Assembly (NCBI GenBank): GCA_050010755.1
Contig: JBEKKK010000001.1
Coordinates: 1,120,001 to 1,184,000 of the forward strand
Source: Candidatus Bathyarchaeia archaeon
GTDB lineage: Archaea; Thermoproteota; Bathyarchaeia; Bathyarchaeales; Bathycorpusculaceae
Direction of reading: 5' to 3'
Length of the DNA: 64,000 nt
The position numbers and the translations under genes were made by a program. The notes beneath the pieces are model-generated. The model was not told the origin of the DNA. It searched no databases and worked only from the letters and a program-made list of their open reading frames with translations. Shown here in pieces: positions 30,803 to 40,391 of the stretch (within the stretch, counting starts at the first letter, position 1; every line of letters starts with the position of its first letter).

Positions 30803-31588
30803 TTGAAGTTCCGCCAGAAACTCGGATTAATGAAACGAAAGGCACCGCAACTGTTTCTTATTGCTATAGTTGTCATTGTGATTGCAATCGTATTTCTGGA
30901 CACCCTGGAAGACACTCTGATAGAGGGAGGCTCGTTCGCAGGGACACCTCTCGCCATGATAGCAAACGCAATCGTAGCGTTCACGCAGGGCGTTACAAAA
31001 ACAGTCTCGACTTGGGGTTATTCTGGAATTTTCTTGTTGATGCTGCTCGAATCGAGTTCTCTGCCGATTCCCAGCGAGGTCATACTTCCGTTTTCTGGTT
31101 ACCTTGTTTCCCTGGGCCAACTCAACGTGTGGATAGTCATAATTGTCTCAACTCTTGCCGGCATAGCAGGCTCGCTGATAGACTACTACATTGGAATGAA
31201 GGGAACAGACCTGCTCGCGCGACGAAGAATTCTGGATAAGCTTCTCTTCAACAAAGCGCGTCTCGAAACGGCTCAGAAATGGTTCGACAGGTACGGCGCC
31301 TTCGCAGTATTTCTGAGCCGAATGATCCCAGGATTTAGGACGCTGGTGTCATTTCCGGCGGGGGCCGTGAAGATGTCCGTATGGAAGTTTGTCGCGTACA
31401 CAACTGGCGGATGCCTAATCTGGAGTACCTTTCTAATTTACGTAGGAGTATATTTGGGCACCGACTGGCGAATGGTCGCGAGCGTATCACGTTACCTGAT
31501 CATAGGAGCTGTGGCGGTAATCCTTGTTTGGCTTGCCGTGTTCTTGATCAGAAGAAAAAAAGAAGTCCGTAAAATTCAGCATATTTGA
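30803..31588 (+). CDS. DedA family membrane protein
   Basis: LESSSLPIPSEVILPFSG, SRMIPGFRTLVSFPAG. Confidence 0.92.
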   Translation: MKFRQKLGLMKRKAPQLFLIAIVVIVIAIVFLDTLEDTLIEGGSFAGTPLAMIANAIVAFTQGVTKTVSTWGYSGIFLLMLLESSSLPIPSEVILPFSGYLVSLGQLNVWIVIIVSTLAGIAGSLIDYYIGMKGTDLLARRRILDKLLFNKARLETAQKWFDRYGAFAVFLSRMIPGFRTLVSFPAGAVKMSVWKFVAYTTGGCLIWSTFLIYVGVYLGTDWRMVASVSRYLIIGAVAVILVWLAVFLIRRKKEVRKIQHI

Positions 31589-31597
31589 TTATGAGGG

Positions 31598-32569
31598 CTA
31601 CGGTGGTGCCACCCATGGAATCATCATACTCTTCTGCCTGTCCATCTCCTTCCAGTAGTCCCACTCTTTTGCGGTCATTCTCTCTATTTCTTCGATCATG
31701 CCATGGGTCAGGTGTTCGAATCTTTTTTGCATTCTCAGATATTCCTCCACATGTTTCCTCGGTTCTGGCCTGAAACTCAGGCTGAATTTCCCGTTTTCAT
31801 ACTCCCATGAAACCCAGAGCCCAGTCTCCAGAGCGCTTCTGCTCAGGTCCAGAGTGTATTTTGGATCTGTGAACCAGCCCTTAGGACAGGGGACTAGAAG
31901 ATGGATGAACGCTGGGCCGTCGGCCGCCAAGGCCTTCTTCGCCTTGTTGATGAAGTCCAAAGGCGGGTAAAGCGTGGACGTAGCAACATATCTCACGCCA
32001 GGGTGTGCGGCGATTATCAAGGCCACGTTCTTCTTCATCCTCAAGTTGCCAATTCTCTTAACCTTGCCCGTGGGAGTGAACGTTGTAGACGCTCCCCATG
32101 GCGTTGTGCTTGATGCCTGAATCCCCGTGTTGGCGTATGATTCGTTATCGTACAACACGTACAGGAACCTCTTGTAATCGTAACTCATGGCCATGGACAA
32201 ACCTGAGAACCCAATGTCGCCCGTCCCGCCGTCCCCCCCGTACACAACGACGTTAACTTTCTCCTTCTTCCTCTTCCCCTTCATCATCAGACTTCTGAAC
32301 GCCGCCGCTGTGCCCACGCCCGCCGCTCCCCCAGCGCCGAGTTGGGTGTGATACCAGGGAACGGAATATGGCGAGGAAAGGAATTGATGGCCGTTCGCCA
32401 CGTACATGCATCCGGTCGGGCCGAGAATCACCGTTTTTGGACCCGCCGCCTTGAGCAGCAGACGGTAGCCCAAGGCTGCTCCGCATCCAGCGCACGTTCT
32501 GTGGCCACTCGTGTACAAGTCTGCTGAAGGGACGTCTCTGATGGTTCTGATAATAGGTCGTTCGCTCAT
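31598..32569 (-). CDS. 2-oxoacid:ferredoxin oxidoreductase beta subunit (oxalate oxidoreductase-like)
   Basis: GHRTCAGC, GPTGCMYVAN, GDGG TPP motif, YDNESYANTGIQ, PCPKGW. Confidence 0.9.
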   Translation of the reverse strand: MSERPIIRTIRDVPSADLYTSGHRTCAGCGAALGYRLLLKAAGPKTVILGPTGCMYVANGHQFLSSPYSVPWYHTQLGAGGAAGVGTAAAFRSLMMKGKRKKEKVNVVVYGGDGGTGDIGFSGLSMAMSYDYKRFLYVLYDNESYANTGIQASSTTPWGASTTFTPTGKVKRIGNLRMKKNVALIIAAHPGVRYVATSTLYPPLDFINKAKKALAADGPAFIHLLVPCPKGWFTDPKYTLDLSRSALETGLWVSWEYENGKFSLSFRPEPRKHVEEYLRMQKRFEHLTHGMIEEIERMTAKEWDYWKEMDRQKSMMIPWVAPP

Positions 32570-33816
32570 TGATTCTCACCTCTCAGTGTGGGCCACCACA
32601 CGTGTTTCTCAACTACTCCCTTTCGTGAGCCTTTCTGCAGCAACATGACGGCCTGTTCAAAATGCTCGACCGAAGGCTCTCTTCCGCCGACGAACATGAA
32701 GTCCAACAGCAGCGGCCGTGACCTGCTCTCATACAGGGCTGATTTGACCTCGTTAAACAACACACTGGAGGAGTCGGCAGAGCCAAAAGAATATGAAAAG
32801 TCAACAATTCCTACAGCCTTGACTTTCCCCAATGCTTCAACAAGCTCCTTCCATGGAAAGGGCCTGAAATAACGGATCCTGATGACGCCGACCTTGAGGC
32901 CTCCTTGTCGAAGCTTCGTTGCAACGTGCACCGCGTCTTTAGCGTATGCCCCCATGGTCACAAGCGCTATTTCCGCATCGTCCATGTACTTTTCCTCGAT
33001 GAATGGTGGATATTTTCTTCCGACGAAAGCTGCATAATCTCTCCACGCCTCTTGAATAACTTCCATTGCATGCGTCATCGCGTTATCAACTACCTTCCGA
33101 AGCTCGGGACCTATAAGAGATGGAGCTATGTGCTGTGCCTTAGTTACAGGTCCATAGGCAGGATCCAGCGGGTACTGAGGCTTGTACGGCGGGAGAAACC
33201 TCGCAACTCTCTCCCTGGATGGCGGCTCGACTGGAGCGGATATGTGTGTTATCGCTGCGCCGTCTACTGCCACGAAGCTCGGCAGGAGCACCCTACGGTT
33301 TTCAGAGACTCTGTACGCGGCTAGAACCATGTCCAGGGCTTCTTGAGGATCCTTGGCCCATGACATCAGCCAGCCGCTGTCCCTGAAAGTGAGCACGTCG
33401 TTCCATTCCATTCCGAAGTTGCCAGGATCATCAAGGGCCCTGCAGCCGGCCATGGCGACGACAGGCAGTTGCCCCATTGCCGTTACGATGATGGGTTCTG
33501 CCGCGTATGCAAGGCCCACACCTGAGCTTCCCACGAAGGTTCTGGCCCCGACCGCAGAAGCGTGTTTGGCTATTTCAAACTGTGAGTGTTCAGAGTCTGC
33601 ACCTATTATCTCGGCAGCAAACTCTCCGTCTGCCAGCATTTTGGCCAGAGAATTCATGACCCCCGTATACGGTCTAATCGGGTATGCAGCTATGACGTCA
33701 ACGTCCGCAAGCTTAACGGCTTCAGCAATCGCCCTCGTCCCAGTCCACATGAATCTCTTTGGCAGCGTTCTGACAACAGATTTTGGAGCGGTCTTCGGCT
33801 TGCTCAATACTTTCAC
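32566..33816 (-). CDS. 2-oxoacid:ferredoxin oxidoreductase alpha subunit (oxalate oxidoreductase-like)
   Basis: ADVDVIAAYPIRPYTG, SEH, GSSGVG, RALDDPGNFG, FRPFP. Confidence 0.9.
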   Translation of the reverse strand: MKVLSKPKTAPKSVVRTLPKRFMWTGTRAIAEAVKLADVDVIAAYPIRPYTGVMNSLAKMLADGEFAAEIIGADSEHSQFEIAKHASAVGARTFVGSSGVGLAYAAEPIIVTAMGQLPVVAMAGCRALDDPGNFGMEWNDVLTFRDSGWLMSWAKDPQEALDMVLAAYRVSENRRVLLPSFVAVDGAAITHISAPVEPPSRERVARFLPPYKPQYPLDPAYGPVTKAQHIAPSLIGPELRKVVDNAMTHAMEVIQEAWRDYAAFVGRKYPPFIEEKYMDDAEIALVTMGAYAKDAVHVATKLRQGGLKVGVIRIRYFRPFPWKELVEALGKVKAVGIVDFSYSFGSADSSSVLFNEVKSALYESRSRPLLLDFMFVGGREPSVEHFEQAVMLLQKGSRKGVVEKHVWWPTLRGENQ

Positions 33817-33819
33817 CGT

Positions 33820-34977
33820 CTAATAACCATATTCAACGAGCGCATCCTCAATCGCGGTTATCTCCTTCTCATTCAGCCCTTCTTCCGCCAGAAGTTCACT
33901 CATCATGCTAATCGCTTTCGAGGGGCAAATCCGCGCGCATATGCCGCAGCCCTTGCAATAATTCAAATCTATCACGATGCGCTTGGAGTCGATTGCACCA
34001 TCTGGACAGTAGAGAGAACACATCTTACAGTCGGTGCATTTGCTCTTATCTATGGTCGGCCTTAGGAATCTGGCGAATGAGGTCGTGAACCCGACGTTCT
34101 TCTTGTTCTTGGAAGGGCCGAATTCAATCAGGCCAGGAGACAAAGCCTGCCACGACGGTATCGCTTTTATTCTCTCCGCGTAGGACAATGCATCGGCCGC
34201 GGCCTTTTGGTACCTTCGGTACGTTTCTAAATCCCACATTCCTTCGGATTTGCAGGACGATTTTGACTTCCTCTTCTGAGCCATCAGCGTTTCTTTCGCA
34301 GTGATTCTGACCTCAACCGGATCCACATCAGAATAGACTCTTTTCACCAAACCAGTCTTATCTCCATCGCCCGCAGAATCGAGTGCATCCAGCAAATCGT
34401 CGACGCTCACTACATTCCAAGCCTTTGCTAACGCGGCTAACAAGGGAAACGCGATGTTAGTATCGTACTCTTTCGCCCTTATCGTAACCAGCTTTCCGCA
34501 CCAGTCCTGCGCGAGGCACCTCTTCTTAACCAACCTCACGACATCATTCGAGGACAACGACGTGTTAACAACGAGAACAGCGTCTTTCTTCGCGCCGTCG
34601 AACAGCAAAGCCCTCTGCGAAGTCTGGCTGACGAGTATGGTGGGTTCCATGACGACTATGGCGCTGAAAATCTCTCCAACAGGCTCAACCTCCTCGTGCA
34701 GAGTGACATCAATCTTGGGATTACCAATGACAGTGTAAAAGATCATGGGTATGTTATCCCGTTCGGGAGAGTCATCATACCTCATATAATAGTAAGATTC
34801 TCGCCCCGAGACCACGCCTGCAGTTGCCAAGATGCGAGCGAAAGCCGCTGCATGACCAGTGTTTAGCACTCCTCTGCCATGAATGATGACCCAATTCAAC
34901 TGGTCATATTCTGGTATCACGCTTTTCACATCCAGCTCCATGCTGCCGCAATCTAATAAGCCTAGTGTCGGCTTCAC
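33820..34977 (-). CDS. 2-oxoacid:ferredoxin oxidoreductase gamma-delta fusion subunit (2x[4Fe-4S])
   Basis: HGRGV, YDDSPER, LVVNT gamma domain; CTDCKMCSLYCP and CKGCGICARICP; start could be the ATG at 34941. Confidence 0.88.
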   Translation of the reverse strand: MKPTLGLLDCGSMELDVKSVIPEYDQLNWVIIHGRGVLNTGHAAAFARILATAGVVSGRESYYYMRYDDSPERDNIPMIFYTVIGNPKIDVTLHEEVEPVGEIFSAIVVMEPTILVSQTSQRALLFDGAKKDAVLVVNTSLSSNDVVRLVKKRCLAQDWCGKLVTIRAKEYDTNIAFPLLAALAKAWNVVSVDDLLDALDSAGDGDKTGLVKRVYSDVDPVEVRITAKETLMAQKRKSKSSCKSEGMWDLETYRRYQKAAADALSYAERIKAIPSWQALSPGLIEFGPSKNKKNVGFTTSFARFLRPTIDKSKCTDCKMCSLYCPDGAIDSKRIVIDLNYCKGCGICARICPSKAISMMSELLAEEGLNEKEITAIEDALVEYGY

Positions 34978-35164
34978 GATTTTTTTCTCACAACGGTTCT
35001 CGCCCTTCTTGCTGGAAGCTTGTGTTGAAATTCTGGATTTGTGTATGATTACTCACGCGTGTGCCTGTTCGATAATTCTGAGTGCCACGTTTTTGATTGC
35101 CTTGGCTTGGTGGCAAGGGGTTGCCCGTGGCTATTCGGAAGAAACCTGCGGCTCGTCCCGTCGA

Positions 35165-35245
35165 CCCCCCTCCCCTTTTTTTCTTTACGTCTGTTGTAAT
35201 GTTGCTTTGTAATGTGTGAGCGTAAATTTCCATGTTGGGTGGTGA
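35165..35245 (-). repeat. Dispersed intergenic repeat, copy C
   Basis: Reverse complement is 77/81 identical to 14883-14963. Confidence 0.92.
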
Positions 35246-35371
35246 TTAGTGTTCTGAAAATTGCTCAAATAACTGATTTCTCCTTTGCGGGTCGGAGGGG
35301 ACAAAAAATCGTCTTTGCGTGGGCGTGTCTTTTGTAAAAATGCCGTTAGTGGACGCGGTGTTTCTTGCTGG

Positions 35372-36130
35372 TTAGGTGTGAAGACTGGAGTCGTAGGGCG
35401 CTTTGACGTAGGTGATGACTTCGACTGGGCATTCGCCTGAGAGTTTCAGTGTTTTCTTCCAATCTTCTCCGACGGCTATGAGTAGGAAGACTCCTGACAT
35501 TTCGGCTTTGGCTTTCTTGACGAGGTTGACGAGTGCGGCTTGGGTTTCTCCGCTTTTTATCATGTCGTCTACGACGAGTACGCTGTCGCGTTTTTTGATG
35601 GCTTCTTTCGGGATGTAGATTGTGGAGGTGACACCTGAGCCTTTGAGGAGAACGTAGGTTTCTTCGAGGAAGGCTTTGACGCCAACTTCTTTGGATTTTT
35701 TCGCGACAACGAGGTTGACGCCGAGGGCGTTTGCTACCATGGTTGCGAGGGGCACGCCGTCCACCGCGGCTGACAGCACTTTTGTTACCCGTTTCCCAGC
35801 AAAGTTTGCGAGGGCGTGGTTGGCAGCCTGTTGCAGGATGTTGTAGTCGCCTATGATTTCGGTGTTATCAAAGTATCCGTCTTCGTCGAACCTAATTCTG
35901 CTGCGTAGTTCCGGTTCAAGACCGACGAGTCGTGTGAGAACTTTCCAGAGCTGCTTCGCCCGCGCCGTGTTGGGCAGAACGTGGCCCTTGGCGTACCTGC
36001 TGAGGACTGTTACTGGCAGGCCAGTTTTTGACGCCAATTCACGATAAGTTATGTTTCGTTTGTACTTGGCAGTTCTGAGAAGCTCGATGGTCATCAACCG
36101 AAGCTTCAAATCCTCTGCGTGCGTGCTCAC
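35372..36130 (-). CDS. HTH-XRE plus phosphoribosyltransferase-domain protein (PurR-like architecture)
   Basis: TYRELASKTGLPVTVLSRYAKGHVLP HTH; VLVVDDMIKSGET PRPP-binding loop. Confidence 0.88.
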   Translation of the reverse strand: MSTHAEDLKLRLMTIELLRTAKYKRNITYRELASKTGLPVTVLSRYAKGHVLPNTARAKQLWKVLTRLVGLEPELRSRIRFDEDGYFDNTEIIGDYNILQQAANHALANFAGKRVTKVLSAAVDGVPLATMVANALGVNLVVAKKSKEVGVKAFLEETYVLLKGSGVTSTIYIPKEAIKKRDSVLVVDDMIKSGETQAALVNLVKKAKAEMSGVFLLIAVGEDWKKTLKLSGECPVEVITYVKAPYDSSLHT

Positions 36131-36300
36131 GACAATAACCTCATTTACACTGATAAGTCAAACCGTAGCGTGTTCCTCTTCTTTTATTGCTTTTACGATA
36201 TATACTTTGCTGGGTCAGAAGAGCAGGTTGAAAACAGAAGTGTCGCTGAAACTTTTTTCTTTTGATTGCTGCGAAGAATGGCAGGGAGTTCCAGCCGAGA

Positions 36301-36630
36301 CTACCTCTTGAGCTCGCCATCGAGCCATTCGAGGTATTCTTTGCTTCCAGCAACGATGGGCACAGCGGTTATTTCAGGAGTCTCGTAAGGGTGTATTTCC
36401 TTGAGGTTTTTCTCAAGATCCTTGTAGAGACTCTTTTCGCTCTTGATAAGACACAGCCATTCTTCAACTGTCTCTTTTCTGTTCTTCCACCGGTACGTAC
36501 TTTGTATCGGGCCGATTATTTGGACACAGCCTGCGAGTCTCTTCTCTACCAAGATCTGCGCCACTTTTTCAGCATCCTCCCGTTTTTCGGTGGTCGTGAA
36601 TACATGAATGTACTTTTTCAATTTCGCCAC
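36301..36630 (-). CDS. cutA: CutA divalent-cation tolerance protein
   Basis: RLAGCVQ, STYRWK, HPYETPEI. Confidence 0.93.
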   Translation of the reverse strand: MAKLKKYIHVFTTTEKREDAEKVAQILVEKRLAGCVQIIGPIQSTYRWKNRKETVEEWLCLIKSEKSLYKDLEKNLKEIHPYETPEITAVPIVAGSKEYLEWLDGELKR

Positions 36631-36764
36631 ATCGTTTTTTGTTTCGTCGACTCTGCTTGGTTCAATGAAGCTCTTGAGGTTTTTGGCTGTGAATGAGAAC
36701 CTTTAGCAGAAACGTATTATATTCTTAGTATGATATTTTCATGCGCATTAGTCTGGGGTAGGTT

Positions 36765-38555
36765 ATGCAATTTACAACTAGACCGGTTTTGATGGGAACT
36801 AATGGCATGGTAACTTCGACGCATTACCTTGCTTCTCAGGCTGGATTCTGCTGCCTCAAGCGGGGAGGTAACGCTGTTGACGCCGGGGCCACGATGTGGT
36901 TCTGTCTGACAATCCTCGAACCCCATTTGGTTGGCGTAGCAGGAGAATCGCCCATCCTGACATATTTGGCCGAAGAAGAGAGAGTGATCGCGGTCAATGG
37001 TCAAGGTCCAGCGCCGAAAGCAGCCACAATAGACTGGTTCAAGGATCACGGCTATGATCTGATTCCACCAGACGGTTTCTTACCAGCTGTCGTCCCCAGC
37101 GCGTTCGACACTTGGGTCAAAGCCTTGGGCAAGTTTGGGACGATGACGCTCGAGGAGGTTCTGGAACCTGCAATAGAGTTAGCTGGCAAAGGCTTCCCAA
37201 TGTATCCGGAGCTAAGAAGAAGCTTAACTGAACCCAACCAACAAGTCGGCTATTCCACAAACGGCAGCAGCATGAAATCACATCAGATGAGCGTCGCGGA
37301 AAGATTCCTTAGAGAGTGGCGTTCTTCAGCCGAGACTTGCCTCGTTGATGGACAGGTCCCTCATGTTGGAGGGGTCATGTGCAATCCCGATTGGGCTCGC
37401 ACCTTTGAGGAAGTCATGAAAGTCGAAAAGAAAGCGCAGATAAACGGACGCGAGGCAGGTCTGCAGGCAGCCCGAGACTATTTCTACTTGGGTCCCATCG
37501 CCCAGAAAATAATCAAATTTATGCAGACGTTCGAGTGCCGAGACATCTACGGCCAAGAACATCACGGCCTGCTCAGTCGTGAGGATTTGGCGGAGTACAG
37601 TGCGCGTTTCGAAGAGCCAGTCACTGTCCAATACCGCGGGTATGATGTTTACAAGTGTGGACCTTGGACACAGGGTCCCGTGCTGCTAGAACATCTGAAC
37701 CTGCTGGAAGGTTTTGATCTTCGACGGATGGGTCACAACACAGCGAACTATCTTCACACGTGGGTTGAGTGCGCCAAACTTGCGTTCGCCGACCGGGAAC
37801 AATATTACGCTGACCCTGACTTTGTCAAAGTTCCCTTAGACAGACTTCTTTCAAAAGATTACGCCGACCATCGACGCGCGCTTGTTGACTCAGATCGTGC
37901 ATCTATGGAGCTGAGGCCGGGCGGAACAGCGCCTGCCAAACTGAAATCCAGAAGGGTAGGGCAGTCAGAGGGTGACACGGTGCATTTGGAGGCTGTGGAC
38001 AGGTTTGGAAACATGATTTCAGCAACGCCCAGTGGCGGCTGGATTTCTACTTCGCCTATAATACCCGGTTTGGGATTCTGTATGAACACTCGGGCTCAAA
38101 TGTTTCATCTTGATCCTAGCCACGTGGAAAGGCTGGAACCAAGTAAAAAGCCGAGCACTACTCTAAGCCCCAGTCTGGTGATGAAAGAAGAGGAGCCTTA
38201 CTTGTCCTTCGGCACTCCTGGAGCAGATCAGCAAGACCAATGGACGCTACAGTTCTTCCTGAATCACGTGGACTTTGGGATGGACATACAGCTCGCCTTG
38301 GACAAGCCGACTGTTCATTCAACTCACTTTCCTGGCTCCTTCTGGCCTCACGCAGCTCACCCTGGAGTCGTGCACGCGGAGACAGGCATACCAGATGAGG
38401 TGATTCTCGAACTCAAGAAGAAGGGGCACAAAGTCGTCGTGGACGAGCCGTGGAGCCATGGGCGCTGCTTGGCCATTCAGTACGACGTCAAAACAGGGCT
38501 AATGTCCGGCGGGGCGTCGCCTCGAGGTATGAAAGCCTACGCGATAGGATGGTAG
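36765..38555 (+). CDS. Gamma-glutamyltransferase-family Ntn hydrolase (YwrD/HpxW-like)
   Basis: GGNAVDAG, KLAFADREQYYADP, GD|TVH autocleavage Thr, TTLSPS, FGTPGADQQ. Confidence 0.88.
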   Translation: MQFTTRPVLMGTNGMVTSTHYLASQAGFCCLKRGGNAVDAGATMWFCLTILEPHLVGVAGESPILTYLAEEERVIAVNGQGPAPKAATIDWFKDHGYDLIPPDGFLPAVVPSAFDTWVKALGKFGTMTLEEVLEPAIELAGKGFPMYPELRRSLTEPNQQVGYSTNGSSMKSHQMSVAERFLREWRSSAETCLVDGQVPHVGGVMCNPDWARTFEEVMKVEKKAQINGREAGLQAARDYFYLGPIAQKIIKFMQTFECRDIYGQEHHGLLSREDLAEYSARFEEPVTVQYRGYDVYKCGPWTQGPVLLEHLNLLEGFDLRRMGHNTANYLHTWVECAKLAFADREQYYADPDFVKVPLDRLLSKDYADHRRALVDSDRASMELRPGGTAPAKLKSRRVGQSEGDTVHLEAVDRFGNMISATPSGGWISTSPIIPGLGFCMNTRAQMFHLDPSHVERLEPSKKPSTTLSPSLVMKEEEPYLSFGTPGADQQDQWTLQFFLNHVDFGMDIQLALDKPTVHSTHFPGSFWPHAAHPGVVHAETGIPDEVILELKKKGHKVVVDEPWSHGRCLAIQYDVKTGLMSGGASPRGMKAYAIGW

Positions 38556-38588
38556 ATGGTATTTCAATGGTAACGCCACTATTCGCCG

Positions 38589-39252
38589 TCAGCGAAGATG
38601 AACATCACATTTTTCTCTTCGGCATTCCTTGCCCAACCTGAGCAGCGCAGTCTCAAAGTGCACGAAGGTCAGTCTCGGAACACGGTGTTTTGCCCAAAAA
38701 ACCTTCAGCTGTCCCAAAGCTTTTTCACGTTCTAGACTCTCTTCCAAGATTCCGAGTCTTTCGCCAGCCAGGAGTTCAAGGCTCGTCGGATAAGGGTCAG
38801 CCTTCTCCCAGATGCCCCGCAACTCTCTCAGAAAAATGATCACCGTTACATCCCCGACCCCCTTTCCCAAGTTCTTCAGCCTTTTCTCCAAATCACGAGC
38901 GTCAGAAGCCACGCTCTCAATGCGAGTCAAACTTTCACCATACGCCTCTACGAGATTGTTCGCTACCTCCAAAAGTTTGTCCGCAGTCTTGTAGTCATAC
39001 CGCGTGTAACCTCCCTCATCCAGAATCGCTACCAGCCTCTTTCCAACCAGCATCAACAATCCTCCTCGGAGTCAAAACTCCGTGCCGCTCAAAACAATGA
39101 AAGGTTTTGATCGCCGCGGACTCGGTTATCGGAGCCCCGAACAAAAGCGAAGCCAAGAACCACTTAAAAATCTCCGCATCACCTCCATCAGCTAGCCTTA
39201 TGCCCATAACCTCAGAATACCTTCGCCCATAAGTTTCGACAAACTCTTTCAA
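38589..39252 (-). pseudogene. Frameshifted HhH-GPD/endonuclease-III-related protein
   Basis: N-half (FKWFLASLLFGAPI...VDAGW) and C-half (RLVAILDEGGYTRYD...KGVGDVTVIIFLRELR) join with one extra base at 39039-39042. Confidence 0.75.
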
Positions 39253-39333
39253 ACCGACAGTTTTCACAAGCCTTTTCACTCCCCCAACAAGCCTTATACA
39301 CGCAGAGCATAAACGGTTTACGAGGAAGAAAAC

Positions 39334-40359
39334 ATGCCAACGATAGAATGGCGCAACGGCATCGTGCAAACGATTGACCAGACAAAACTTCCCAACGAAG
39401 AAGTATCCATCACCATGAAAAACTGCCTAGACGTGGCTGACGCTATAAAAACTATGAAAATAAGAGGCGCACCCCTGCTCGGAGCAGCCGCTGCCCTCGC
39501 CCTCGCACTGACAGCCTTCCACGCGAACGCGAAAACCAAAAAACAACTCATCAAAGAACTGGAAAAAGCCGCAGAAACCATAAGGGCAACAAGACCCACC
39601 GCGGTCAACCTGTTCTGGGCCCTCGACAGGATACTCGACAAAGCCAAAGCGGCTCAGGGCACCGCAGACGAAGTCGCCGCGCTCGTCGTGGAAGAGGCAA
39701 ACAGAATCGCTGAAGAAGACGTCGCGACAAACCGTCTCATAGGCAAGCATGGCGCAAAACTCATCCATGACGGAGACGCTGTGATGACGCACTGTAACGC
39801 TGGCGCACTGGCCACAGTAGATTTTGGCACAGCTCTGGGCGTACTGAGAGCCGCGTGGGAGCAGGGAAAAAGGTTCAAGGTTTTTGCTGACGAGACTCGC
39901 CCGCTATTGCAGGGGGCGAGACTCACGGCGTATGAGCTTAAACGTGCAGGGATACCGGTCACGTTGATCACGGACAGTATGGCCGGCTACGTTATGAGCA
40001 AGCGCATGGTAAACAAGGTAATCGTTGGAGCAGATCGCATCGTCCGAGATGCTGTCATCAACAAAATCGGCACCTTCACTGTGGCCGTCTTGGCCAAGGT
40101 ACACAGAATCCCCTTCTACGTTGCTGCACCCAAGTCCACTTTCGACGAAGCGCACATGGCCCGACAGGTTGTCATCGAAGAACGGAAACCTGAGGAAGTC
40201 ACGCATATCGGCAAGCAGCGCATCGCCCCCGAAGGAATAGAAGTTTTGAACCCGGCCTTCGATGTTACACCGTTGAAGTACGTGTCCGCTATCATCTGCG
40301 AAACCGGAATCCTGCGCGGAAGAGATTTGAAACGGCTTGAGGCTAATCGCTATAAGTGA
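39334..40359 (+). CDS. mtnA: Methylthioribose-1-phosphate isomerase (eIF-2B alpha-like family)
   Basis: IRGAP, TRPTAVNL, THCNAGALAT, ETRPLLQGARLT, NPAFDVTP. Confidence 0.9.
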   Translation: MPTIEWRNGIVQTIDQTKLPNEEVSITMKNCLDVADAIKTMKIRGAPLLGAAAALALALTAFHANAKTKKQLIKELEKAAETIRATRPTAVNLFWALDRILDKAKAAQGTADEVAALVVEEANRIAEEDVATNRLIGKHGAKLIHDGDAVMTHCNAGALATVDFGTALGVLRAAWEQGKRFKVFADETRPLLQGARLTAYELKRAGIPVTLITDSMAGYVMSKRMVNKVIVGADRIVRDAVINKIGTFTVAVLAKVHRIPFYVAAPKSTFDEAHMARQVVIEERKPEEVTHIGKQRIAPEGIEVLNPAFDVTPLKYVSAIICETGILRGRDLKRLEANRYK

Positions 40360-40391
40360 AAACGCCGTTATGCATGCTGAGATGCGTTCAG

